NCBI GenBank assembly: GCA_030637405.1
Contig: DAOWGP010000040.1
Coordinates: 1 to 63,769 of the forward strand
Source of the DNA: Candidatus Omnitrophota bacterium
GTDB taxonomy: Bacteria; Omnitrophota; Gorgyraeia; Zapsychrales; Zapsychraceae
Direction of reading: 5' to 3'
Length of the DNA stretch: 63,769 nucleotides
The notes under the pieces are model-generated. The model made no database searches. It was not told the DNA's origin and was given only the letters and a program-made list of their open reading frames with translations. The position numbers were made by a program, and so were the translations under genes. Shown piece after piece: positions 16,420-24,326 of the stretch (positions within the stretch are counted from its first letter, which is position 1; each line of letters starts with the position of its first letter).

Positions 16420-16802
16420 TTTGCGACCTTTGTTATGAACGTGACGCCATGGCTTCTCAATTTCCGCGTCCAATTCACCGTTACCTGCATATCGAGTAAA
16501 TTGCTGCTTGGTTCCGAAAAGATAATATCGATGGTTTCACCGGGAAGCGTGTTCAATCCTTGGTCCACGGCCCACTCTTCCCAATTCATGACCAGAATAC
16601 TGCCGATCGAGTCGCTTCTTTGAGCTTCTTCCAGAACGTACTCGGCATGCGATGTCGCGACGGTCATATCCCATGCCAGCTGCGATGAGATCATCGAAGT
16701 CACATACAATAAAAGCACCCCGCCGATCGCGACAGCCAAAATAAACACGGCAATAAGCAGCTCAACAAAAGTAAATCCTTTATTATTGCGTTTAAGAGAC
16801 AT
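16416..16802 (-). CDS. GspI/PilV-like minor pseudopilin with prepilin-type N-terminal cleavage/methylation motif
   Basis: 128 aa. The N-terminus reads KRNNKGFTFVELLIAVFILAVAIGGVLL. Confidence 0.75.
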   Translation of the reverse strand: MSLKRNNKGFTFVELLIAVFILAVAIGGVLLLYVTSMISSQLAWDMTVATSHAEYVLEEAQRSDSIGSILVMNWEEWAVDQGLNTLPGETIDIIFSEPSSNLLDMQVTVNWTRKLRSHGVTFITKVAK

Positions 16803-16876
16803 AAAACTTCCTGATTGGGTTATAAAAACTCGTTTTTATTATATAGGCGAGACCCATGAAAGAAAAGCCATAAATT

Positions 16877-17060
16877 GTCATTCTGATGCCCGAAGGGCCG
16901 AAGAATCTCAACAGTGGCCCCCCCGGCAGGGGAGCTCTGGCCTTCGGAAGCCTTGAGATCCTTCGTACTTGTTTTCCAAAATCATTTAGATGAAACCAGC
17001 ACGTAATGTTTCCCTCTAAATTAAGTATTAAGGAAAAACATGCGCTTCGCTCAGGACGAC
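16877..17060. repeat. MITE/REP-like palindromic element (GTCATTCTG family)
   Basis: It starts GTCATTCTGATGCCCGAAGGGCCGAAGAATCTC and ends GCGCTTCGCTCAGGACGAC, an imperfect terminal inverted repeat. Its internal segment CTTCGTACTTGTTTTCC…TAGATGAAAC is shared with 59684-59840. Confidence 0.6.
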
Positions 17061-17065
17061 ATTAC

Positions 17066-17110
17066 AAAAAAATGAGCAGCAGCCTATCACTTTGAACAAG
17101 GCTGCTGCTC
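17066..17110 (-). terminator. Rho-independent terminator after the 1042-aa gene
   Basis: Minus strand GAGCAGCAGCC-15 nt-GGCTGCTGCTC forms a perfect 11-bp stem. It is followed by ATTTTTTT. Confidence 0.75.
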
Positions 17111-17142
17111 TTCCGCGCTTCATAATCCCAAAAGCCGGCCTT

Positions 17143-20100
17143 TTATTTTTCTCCTAAACCTGCAAACCAATTGCGTATATCCTGCCAGAGTTTTTTAACC
17201 CCGTCCTGAAAGGCTTCCAAGATATCCTTTTCCTCTTCTTCGATGACCTCTTCAGTAGCAAGAAGCCCTTCAACATCCTCGGGCTCTGTCTGTGCGTCCA
17301 GAAGCTTCTTCCTGAGATCCGCGTATGTTTCAACTTCCAGATCCGTCATCTCTCCTTCTATGAGTTCCTCAATTTTCACTTCGTCTTCTTTTGTCAATAC
17401 CTGAAGGACTTCTCCTCCATCAGATACCGATAATGTCGTATCTATCAATCCTTCACTACCAGTGGTTGTTCTGCTAGTGGTGGCTGTTCTGGTACTGGTC
17501 GTCGTTCTGGTGCTGGCTGTACTCGTTACACTAGTAGAATCATTTGATTTGGTTTTGGTCTTGCCGGAATTGCTTCGGCTGGAACCCGAGCTTCCACCGC
17601 CGCCGGAACTGGAGCTGCTTTTATTCGATTTTTCTTTCGTATGGCTGGATCCCGTAGCCGCTGTTTCTTCGACACTTGCAGGCTCTACGATCGCCGTATT
17701 TAAAACAGTTGGCTCTACGGTTGTTCCGGATGATTGTTTTGTTGACGTTTCTTCCTCCTGCGGTTCAGGGGTCACATGACATGCATTGTTATACCAATAG
17801 TGACCGTTCTTCTCGCAGTCTGGTTTGTTTTTACAAAGCGAAATACTATCGGCGCATGTCAATTCCGGTTCCGGTTCTACCTGAGGTTCTATGACCGGTT
17901 CGGGACCGGCATTACAGGTATTGTCATACCAGAAATATCTATTATTTTCACAGTCCGGTTTATTCTTGCAATACAGAATATTTTCCGCGCATGTCGGTTC
18001 CGGTTCAGGGGCAAGATGGCACGTATCATCATACCAGTAGCGCCCAGCGATGATACAGTCCGTCGAGGTTAAACAATACTGGATCCCGTCGGCACATGTC
18101 GGCTCCGGTTCCGGTACCGGTTCCGGCTCGATACAATTCGGCCACTCCGCGCTGGGTTTCGCGCAGGGATTTCCGCAGGAATCTGTACCACCTGTAAGCG
18201 GCGTCTGTCCGCATTCGATCAACGGAAGATCGCACCATGTCGGAACGCAGGCCTCAGACTCCGGTTCAGGATCCGGTACTACGGGCTCCTGAACAAGGTT
18301 GCATGTGTTGTTGTACCAATAATAACCATTCTCAGCGCAATCGCCCGAGGTTAAACAATATAAGATATCATCAGCACAGGTCGATGACGGTTCACGTTGT
18401 GCGTGGCAGGCATTGTCGTACCAGAAAAAAGCCCGTCCTAGACATTCAACTTCAGTTAAACAGTACTGAATACCGTCAATACACGTCGGTTCAGACTCGG
18501 GGTCCACATTGCATATCCCGTCATACCAGAAATACTCATTCTCGGTACAATCCGTTTCTGTCTCGCAATATTGAATATCTGCCGCGCACGTCGGATCCTC
18601 TCCAACCGTATCATATTCAATGGCTCCTATGTCCCAGACTTCCCCGCGGTTTTTCTTCTTATAATCTAGGCTTGATTTACCAACTAACGTAAGGCCTTTC
18701 CTTACTGCGGGGCTAGTTGATTTTAAACTAGCGTTAAATTCATTTCCCGTGAAATATTTAATAGCCCCATCCAAAAGTTCAGGATCCTCGCATATGGAAT
18801 GTTCCTTGCCATTACAATCTGTCGCGAAATTTTTAGTATTCCAAATAACGGAATAATCATCCTCCATATCAATATCTCCGCAAGGACCATCGCCATTTCC
18901 TGTTATCCCTCCGGGCCAATAAAGCGCTGATTTGTCATAACCGTCATTAAACTCCGTTCCGCCTAAATAGATATTGTTTCTTGAAATAATTCTCTCAGAT
19001 CCATCGCATGTACTTCCGCCCGAAGTTGTCATCGTATCGCCATTGCTCGTTATCGTCGAATTATAGATCTCGATTTGATATCCCGTACGGAGCCTCATCG
19101 CAAGAGCGCTCCCGGCAGCCCGGCAATTATTAAAAGTCGATGTTTTCCATGTAATAGGATTATCAGCGAAATACGCACAATTCCCGATTAAAAGAGAATT
19201 TTCAATGAGGGCGTCTGATGCTATTTTGACCTGATTACCGGCATTTCCTTCAAATAGCGAACGTTTGATCGTGATCGATCCGTTTCCACTGTGATATAAC
19301 AGGTCAAGACCGTCAGATACGTTATGACTGATATCACACTCGTTAAAGATCCAGTCTCCATTCGTTTTCTCTGTTCCCAATCCATCACCGTAACCGCCTT
19401 GGTCCTGACTATAACAGTTATAAGGCTGCTTTCCAGGATAGGTTTCCCCGCATCCGTTAAATTGAATATCCGTTCGATTGAAGAGTATTGTTCCGGAATT
19501 AGACGATGTTGTTGATCCAAGATCACCGTCCCATCCAACAAAAGAATTGGCAACAATTTTTGAATCCTCGATGGTCCAGTCTTTGATCCGGGCCGCCCAC
19601 ACCCCTTTAAAAGCCATACCATGAATATTAACGTTTTTAATTAAAACACTCTCGCTATCTTTCCCCGTTAATCCTATAACTCCCCATTCTCCAAAAGGAG
19701 GATAATCTCTATTACATGGATTTGGTCCATGCTCTTGACAATCCGAATGATCCGTCACTTCCAAACATTGAACTTCCACATTATCGCTGCCATTCAAATT
19801 CAATATCCTGGTGACCCTTTCTGTACCCCATAATTGAGGCGGGTTAGCACATCCGGTATCCCAACCCTTCCCCAATATACGGGTAGGATGTGCCGGGTCC
19901 GGTCCGGAAGGAATAGAACGCATATAACACTCGTAGGCTGCCGCGGGATAACACTTGCTGGTATTAGACGCGCCATCACCGATCATATATTCCGCATTGT
20001 CTGAACCGTCAATAATGAGAGTATCGCCGCCAACCATTACGGTAGAATGGCCGATCGGCGAAATAGCCCAAAATGGATGCGAGAAAGCACAATTCTGACC

Positions 20101-20271
20101 TAAGCCCGAACCAGAATAAGCCGCATCAGCAAGCCCCGTGCACTCGCTGCTGCTGCCGCCGTCCTTTCGAACATAGTAAATCGCGCTCCAAGAGGGAAAA
20201 ACAATGAGAAAACAAAAACCCAAAGCAAGAATATTAGTAAAAACGCCGCGTTTCAAAATATGTCTGTCCAC
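17143..20271 (-). CDS. Secreted 1042-aa right-handed beta-helix protein with six 4-Cys repeat modules, a Ser/Thr-rich spacer and an acidic C-terminal tail
   Basis: GTG start preceded by AAGGGGG. Signal peptide …VFPSWSA/IYYV. The beta-helix part shows characteristic features (IYYVRKDGGSSSECTG…, repeated N/D-x-G turns). Repeats of C-x6-C-x5-C-x11-C occupy aa 561-831, separated by PEPEP linkers. Aa 842-940 are S/T/G-rich. Confidence 0.8.
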   Translation of the reverse strand: MDRHILKRGVFTNILALGFCFLIVFPSWSAIYYVRKDGGSSSECTGLADAAYSGSGLGQNCAFSHPFWAISPIGHSTVMVGGDTLIIDGSDNAEYMIGDGASNTSKCYPAAAYECYMRSIPSGPDPAHPTRILGKGWDTGCANPPQLWGTERVTRILNLNGSDNVEVQCLEVTDHSDCQEHGPNPCNRDYPPFGEWGVIGLTGKDSESVLIKNVNIHGMAFKGVWAARIKDWTIEDSKIVANSFVGWDGDLGSTTSSNSGTILFNRTDIQFNGCGETYPGKQPYNCYSQDQGGYGDGLGTEKTNGDWIFNECDISHNVSDGLDLLYHSGNGSITIKRSLFEGNAGNQVKIASDALIENSLLIGNCAYFADNPITWKTSTFNNCRAAGSALAMRLRTGYQIEIYNSTITSNGDTMTTSGGSTCDGSERIISRNNIYLGGTEFNDGYDKSALYWPGGITGNGDGPCGDIDMEDDYSVIWNTKNFATDCNGKEHSICEDPELLDGAIKYFTGNEFNASLKSTSPAVRKGLTLVGKSSLDYKKKNRGEVWDIGAIEYDTVGEDPTCAADIQYCETETDCTENEYFWYDGICNVDPESEPTCIDGIQYCLTEVECLGRAFFWYDNACHAQREPSSTCADDILYCLTSGDCAENGYYWYNNTCNLVQEPVVPDPEPESEACVPTWCDLPLIECGQTPLTGGTDSCGNPCAKPSAEWPNCIEPEPVPEPEPTCADGIQYCLTSTDCIIAGRYWYDDTCHLAPEPEPTCAENILYCKNKPDCENNRYFWYDNTCNAGPEPVIEPQVEPEPELTCADSISLCKNKPDCEKNGHYWYNNACHVTPEPQEEETSTKQSSGTTVEPTVLNTAIVEPASVEETAATGSSHTKEKSNKSSSSSGGGGSSGSSRSNSGKTKTKSNDSTSVTSTASTRTTTSTRTATTSRTTTGSEGLIDTTLSVSDGGEVLQVLTKEDEVKIEELIEGEMTDLEVETYADLRKKLLDAQTEPEDVEGLLATEEVIEEEEKDILEAFQDGVKKLWQDIRNWFAGLGEK

Positions 20272-20363
20272 TTTATTTGCCCCCTTATTAAATTGTTTGA
20301 ACCGCCGAACTGTCTCTCATTGTACACAGATCCAACATTATAATCAAATGCCGTGACAAGTTC

Positions 20364-20394
20364 AAAAAAAAACCCACTCTTTGACACAAAGAAT
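20364..20394 (-). terminator. Candidate intrinsic terminator / expression platform in the leader of the 1042-aa gene
   Basis: Minus strand ATTCTTTG-TGT-CAAAGAGT forms an 8-bp stem with one G-U pair, followed by GGG and T9. Its 3' arm GAGTGG is also complementary to the 5' arm (CCACTC) of the upstream GAAA hairpin. Confidence 0.4.
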
Positions 20395-20420
20395 AGGCTC
20401 GCACATTCCACGGGAATCCC

Positions 20421-20557
20421 GCTGTTTGGCAACTGGCTGCCCTATACCTTTCGACCGAGGGCCCTATAGCTTTGTCGGTATAAATTCTATACACCGTACT
20501 TGAATCAAAAGATTCAAGTAGTCCCACCCTTTCGAGTGGTTTACCTTGATCAACAGC
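20421..20557 (-). promoter_or_regulatory. Candidate c-di-GMP-I (GEMM-I)-like riboswitch aptamer with an atypical two-hairpin insertion
   Basis: Minus-strand RNA: GCUGUU…AAGGUAAACCACUCGAAAGGGUGGGAC-[UACUUGAAUCUUUUGAUUCAAGUA][CGGUGUAUAGAAUUUAUACCG]-ACAAAGCUAUAGGGCC…UAUAGGGCAGCC…AACAGC. The GAAA-capped hairpin and its flanks resemble the GEMM-I core (GGCAAACC-stem-GAAA-stem-GGGACGCAAAGCC) as I recall it. It is closed by a 6-bp GCUGUU/AACAGC helix. Confidence 0.4.
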
Positions 20558-20578
20558 ACATCGTATACATCCTTAGGA

Positions 20579-20607
20579 AGTATGCCACACGGCTATCTGT
20601 ACGTCAA
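20579..20607 (-). promoter_or_regulatory. Sigma70-type promoter candidate for the riboswitch-led transcript
   Basis: The minus strand reads TTGACG (20607-20602), a 17-nt spacer, then CATACT (20584-20579). This is just upstream of the candidate aptamer. Confidence 0.4.
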
Positions 20608-20772
20608 GGTAATTGGCAAAGAAATTCACTTCTTTCTAAAAACTTTTTTCAGCTTCCTTAGATAACATACACACTGGCTGATAAAAGGCACATACAAAGC
20701 AAATAATAAGCATATAGCCGGACGCGCAAAGAATACCCATAAAAGTTTTTCTTAAAATATTCCTTAGCTTCC

Positions 20773-21642
20773 TTAAATACACCCGCTTAAAAAAGCCCTT
20801 CGGCCCATTAACCAATACCCTTTAACGATTTCGTTCAAAATAAATCGCTTTTGTTCACCGTTCAAAGAATCAGCTTTCACATCAAGAAAGTCCTGAAATA
20901 TTCTAATAGAAGTTGAGTCGATCATATCCCCTTGATTCGATAAATTATCTTTATGCCATCGGCGGTTAACCAAAACTTCGTCTATGTATCCGACCTTTAA
21001 ATTATCAATCGTATTGATCGTTCGGGCATAAACTTCCCGCACGGGATAACGGGAATCCATAAAACCTTTCTCTAAAGCAAAATGCCGTGTCATCAGCATG
21101 GTCGATGGATGTATAAAACCGTCATGCAAAAAAGCATCAAAAAGAGATGTTGTATAGATCCTTCGGCGGCCGTCTTTTTGACATGGCAGTTCTTGAAAAC
21201 GTTTCATGGGCCGGGTAAAAGATCCCACAATCACTCCCCGCTCATCAAATTCGCTAAAATCAGATATAATAAAATCCAACTCGGGATACTTCTCAAGAAA
21301 ACTAACCTGTTCCTGTATTTTATTCGGTTCAAAAATATCATCGGCGTCTAACAAGCAAATATAGTGGCCTGTCGAACTCATGATCCCGGCATTTCGGGCG
21401 GCAATAATGCCTTTCTTAGTTTTATTGATATAATTGATCCGGTCTAAATAAGGCTTTAAAACTTCATACGTATTATCGCTCGACATCCCATCGACAACAA
21501 CGATCTCGATATTTTTATACGTTTGAGAAAGAACGCTCTTGATCGCGTCTTCAATATAACAACCGAAATTGTAAGTCGGGATTATAACGCTGACTTTGAG
21601 TTCTTTTTCATCTTCCATCCTAAAAGCCTCTTTTTTGTGCAA
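20773..21642 (-). CDS. Family 2 glycosyltransferase
   Basis: 289 aa with VSVIIPTYNFGCYIEDAIKSVLSQTY…VVVDGMSSDNT and LLDADD. An alternative start at 21618 (MEDEKELKV) lies just after the upstream stop. Confidence 0.8.
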   Translation of the reverse strand: MHKKEAFRMEDEKELKVSVIIPTYNFGCYIEDAIKSVLSQTYKNIEIVVVDGMSSDNTYEVLKPYLDRINYINKTKKGIIAARNAGIMSSTGHYICLLDADDIFEPNKIQEQVSFLEKYPELDFIISDFSEFDERGVIVGSFTRPMKRFQELPCQKDGRRRIYTTSLFDAFLHDGFIHPSTMLMTRHFALEKGFMDSRYPVREVYARTINTIDNLKVGYIDEVLVNRRWHKDNLSNQGDMIDSTSIRIFQDFLDVKADSLNGEQKRFILNEIVKGYWLMGRRAFLSGCI

Positions 21643-22618
21643 GCATATTAACCCTTTGAAATATCTTATCTTCTTTCATTCGTTGAAATAATTGTAAAGT
21701 AAACATATTTGCTCCTTCGTGGTTCACATGCATATCATCAGGGAAAAGCTGATCATCAGACTCAAATATGTTGTACATATTATAAAAATACATGCCATGC
21801 TTTTTGGCTATCGCGTCCACCTTATCCCAATGATGCTTAAGAAAGAAAAACCTTTTTTCCTTAACGGAAGAACTCCCCTTCACCGGGCTTTGTACAATCA
21901 CCCCGATCTTCCCCTTTTCTCTTAGATCTGCCAATAATTGATCGAGAGCTTCATAACTGCCAGGTTGAAAACGGGTCTCCGTTAATTCATCCTGCCAATA
22001 ATGTTTCCGTACGTTTTCTTCCGGAACATCCAATAAAACACCTCCGCCCTCATCATACTTAAGCGAACCTAAAAAGTCATTCGTTCTCCGGCGCTTAGCA
22101 GTAGACCAAATTCTCCTGGAAAAACCCGATGCGTGATATTTTAAATAATACAAGAGGGTGGGTCTTCCTTGAATATAACGTCTGATATCCGTTCCGTTAA
22201 TCGGATCGTCATCCGACTTATTAAAATCAAAAAACGAAATACCGATAATCAAAATTTTAGAGTCGTGGATTTGATCAAAAATTTTCCAATGACGCAATGT
22301 CGACTCCATCGTTAAACCCCAAGAAGAGAAATTAAGATATCTTTTTCCCACAACCGGATCATCAAAGAATACCTGACTTGAAATATTATTCAATGCCGAC
22401 GATGAACCAATCGTGACAACATCAGCATTGATCGGATAATGCATGCGTAAAAACCGTATTTTTTCGTCCATCGACACTCTTCCCGTAAATATCGGCGCGG
22501 GCAGGGTGTCTGTCTTTATTAAATAAAAGACCCCGGCAATGACTGTCACGAGAAATAAAAGAAATGCCGCCAAAAACGCTTTTGGAATCTTTTTAGAATT
22601 GGAAATAGATGAATTCAT
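21620..22618 (-). CDS. DltD/AlgX-like SGNH-fold acyl-transfer protein (membrane anchored)
   Basis: 332 aa. N-terminal TM, VVTIGSSSALNNI (nucleophile-type block) and the C-terminal FPDDMHVNHEG (DxxH-type block). It lies directly downstream of the MBOAT gene. Confidence 0.5.
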   Translation of the reverse strand: MNSSISNSKKIPKAFLAAFLLFLVTVIAGVFYLIKTDTLPAPIFTGRVSMDEKIRFLRMHYPINADVVTIGSSSALNNISSQVFFDDPVVGKRYLNFSSWGLTMESTLRHWKIFDQIHDSKILIIGISFFDFNKSDDDPINGTDIRRYIQGRPTLLYYLKYHASGFSRRIWSTAKRRRTNDFLGSLKYDEGGGVLLDVPEENVRKHYWQDELTETRFQPGSYEALDQLLADLREKGKIGVIVQSPVKGSSSVKEKRFFFLKHHWDKVDAIAKKHGMYFYNMYNIFESDDQLFPDDMHVNHEGANMFTLQLFQRMKEDKIFQRVNMLAQKRGF

Positions 22619-24026
22619 CAGCGCCGAAATCCCCGTAAAATGTTAGTAGTATTAAACATGCGTAATAAAAACAAACTCTCAGCGGTATTTGCGATTTAAG
22701 GACAACCAATAAATCCTTTTTCATATATTGGAAAACTTGGACCAAGATCAGGATGCATGTGTAACCTGCTATCTGTCCTATCATGCGCGTTGCCCCGTCA
22801 AACCAACTCAAATGAAAAACCATGGCCCGGGTCATATCAAAAATTTGCCTGCCCCATTGCGCCCGGAATATCAGCATACCAAACGTAATAAGCTGAAACA
22901 TAAAGAGCATTCTCAATCCGGCCCATAATCTTTGCCCGATAATACTCTTGGGTTTGATCCAATCTCTGCAGTTATCCCTTATAACCTTACAGGCCACCAA
23001 AAGAACCCCGTGATACAGGCCCCAAATAATAAAGATCCAGCTAGCCCCATGCCATAGCCCCATAATTGCCATCGTAATAAGGATCGTAATGGAAATCCTG
23101 AGATTAGCATTGACCTTCCGTATAGAAAAGAAAATCGGCATATAAACATAATCACGCACCCAAGTGCTCAGGCTGATATGCCACCGGTTCCAGAAATCTT
23201 GAATATTCGTCACAAAATAGGGCAAGTCAAAATTGAGCATGAGATCAAATCCCATCATCTTAGCCAATCCTCTAGCCATACAAGTATAACCTTCAAAGTC
23301 GCAGAAGATCTGGAATGTAAAGGCATAAGCGGCCAACAAAACTTCCAGGCCGTTATACGGCGGACTAGCCGCAAAAACAGGCGCAACAATGTTGGCTAAG
23401 TTATCGGCGATAAAAACCTTAAGAAACAGTCCCCAGAAAAAAAGATGGCTGCCCTCGAAAAAACGGTCGAACGTTATTGCGCGCTTAGTAAGCACCTGCG
23501 GCAGGAGGTTTTTTGCCCGCTCAATGGGGCCGGCGACCAATTGCGGGAAAAATGATACAAACAGGGCGAAACTAACAAAATCACGGGTAGGCTTCATTCC
23601 TTTTCTGTAAATATCGATCGTATAACTCAGTGACTGAAGCGTAAAAAAGGAAATCCCCAAGGGAAGAATAATGTAAAATGTAGTGAAATGAAATGATAAA
23701 CCGATATATTGGAACAAGCCGTTAAGATTTTCTATAAAAAATTTGAAATATTTAAAGAATCCCAAAACAAATAAATTTCCCGCGATACTGATAAACACGA
23801 TCCTTTTTCTTACTTTCACATCCTCGGACTGATAGATTTTTAACCCGCAAAAATAATTCAGAACAGTTGAAAAAAGGATCAAAGAGGAAAACCGCCAATC
23901 CCAAAACGCGTAGAATATATAACTGGCCGCGAGAAGCATTCTGTTTTGCCACTTTAGCTGCAGGGCAAAATAAAGCCCATAGACAATGACAAAGAATACT
24001 AGAAAGTGAAGTGAATTAAATACCAT
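22593..24026 (-). CDS. MBOAT-family membrane-bound O-acyltransferase (DltB/AlgI-like)
   Basis: 477 aa, polytopic. It carries FWNRWHISLSTWVRDYVYMPI with the conserved His region. Confidence 0.85.
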   Translation of the reverse strand: MVFNSLHFLVFFVIVYGLYFALQLKWQNRMLLAASYIFYAFWDWRFSSLILFSTVLNYFCGLKIYQSEDVKVRKRIVFISIAGNLFVLGFFKYFKFFIENLNGLFQYIGLSFHFTTFYIILPLGISFFTLQSLSYTIDIYRKGMKPTRDFVSFALFVSFFPQLVAGPIERAKNLLPQVLTKRAITFDRFFEGSHLFFWGLFLKVFIADNLANIVAPVFAASPPYNGLEVLLAAYAFTFQIFCDFEGYTCMARGLAKMMGFDLMLNFDLPYFVTNIQDFWNRWHISLSTWVRDYVYMPIFFSIRKVNANLRISITILITMAIMGLWHGASWIFIIWGLYHGVLLVACKVIRDNCRDWIKPKSIIGQRLWAGLRMLFMFQLITFGMLIFRAQWGRQIFDMTRAMVFHLSWFDGATRMIGQIAGYTCILILVQVFQYMKKDLLVVLKSQIPLRVCFYYACLILLTFYGDFGADEFIYFQF

Positions 24027-24071
24027 TATTTCATACCGGTTATCATTTAATGAGTTTCTAAGACGTATCGG

Positions 24072-24326
24072 CTACAAGGCGATGGCTTTACCGCAGTGGA
24101 ACACAAGACCCTCCAGCGTTGTAAATTCCGACGGGTCAAGTTCCGCGAAATTAATGTGGATATTAAACTCTTGTTCGATCGACATCAAAAGTTCAAGAAA
24201 GCCAAACGAGTCAATGACACCGGATTCAATGAAGTTCTCCTCCATATTGATATTCTCAATGTCTCCCACTCTTTTGCGAAGTTCAGAGAGAATAAAATCC
24301 TTTACCTTTTGTTTAATATCTTCCAC
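24072..24326 (-). CDS. Small acyl/aminoacyl carrier protein (DltC-like)
   Basis: 84 aa with a GTG start overlapping the upstream stop by 1 nt. The phosphopantetheine-type motif is GVIDSFGFLELL. Confidence 0.65.
   Translation of the reverse strand: MEDIKQKVKDFILSELRKRVGDIENINMEENFIESGVIDSFGFLELLMSIEQEFNIHINFAELDPSEFTTLEGLVFHCGKAIAL

Noticed and set aside
17779-18591. The PEPEP linkers of the 1042-aa protein were considered as PEP-CTERM sorting signals.
   Set aside because: They are not followed by a hydrophobic helix and basic cluster. The true C-terminus (…NWFAGLGEK) has no PEP-CTERM architecture.
17462-18692. Several 70-150-aa plus-strand ORFs antisense to the 1042-aa gene, and the 196-aa ORF at 5319-5909 antisense to the TPR gene.
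   Set aside because: They are mirror images of low-complexity or repetitive coding sequence (e.g. VVLLVVAVLVLVVV opposite the Ser/Thr tract). They have no independent signals.
20288-20527. 79-aa minus-strand ORF in the leader of the 1042-aa gene.
   Set aside because: It has no RBS. It lies entirely within the structured leader (candidate riboswitch and terminator). Its composition is not protein-like.
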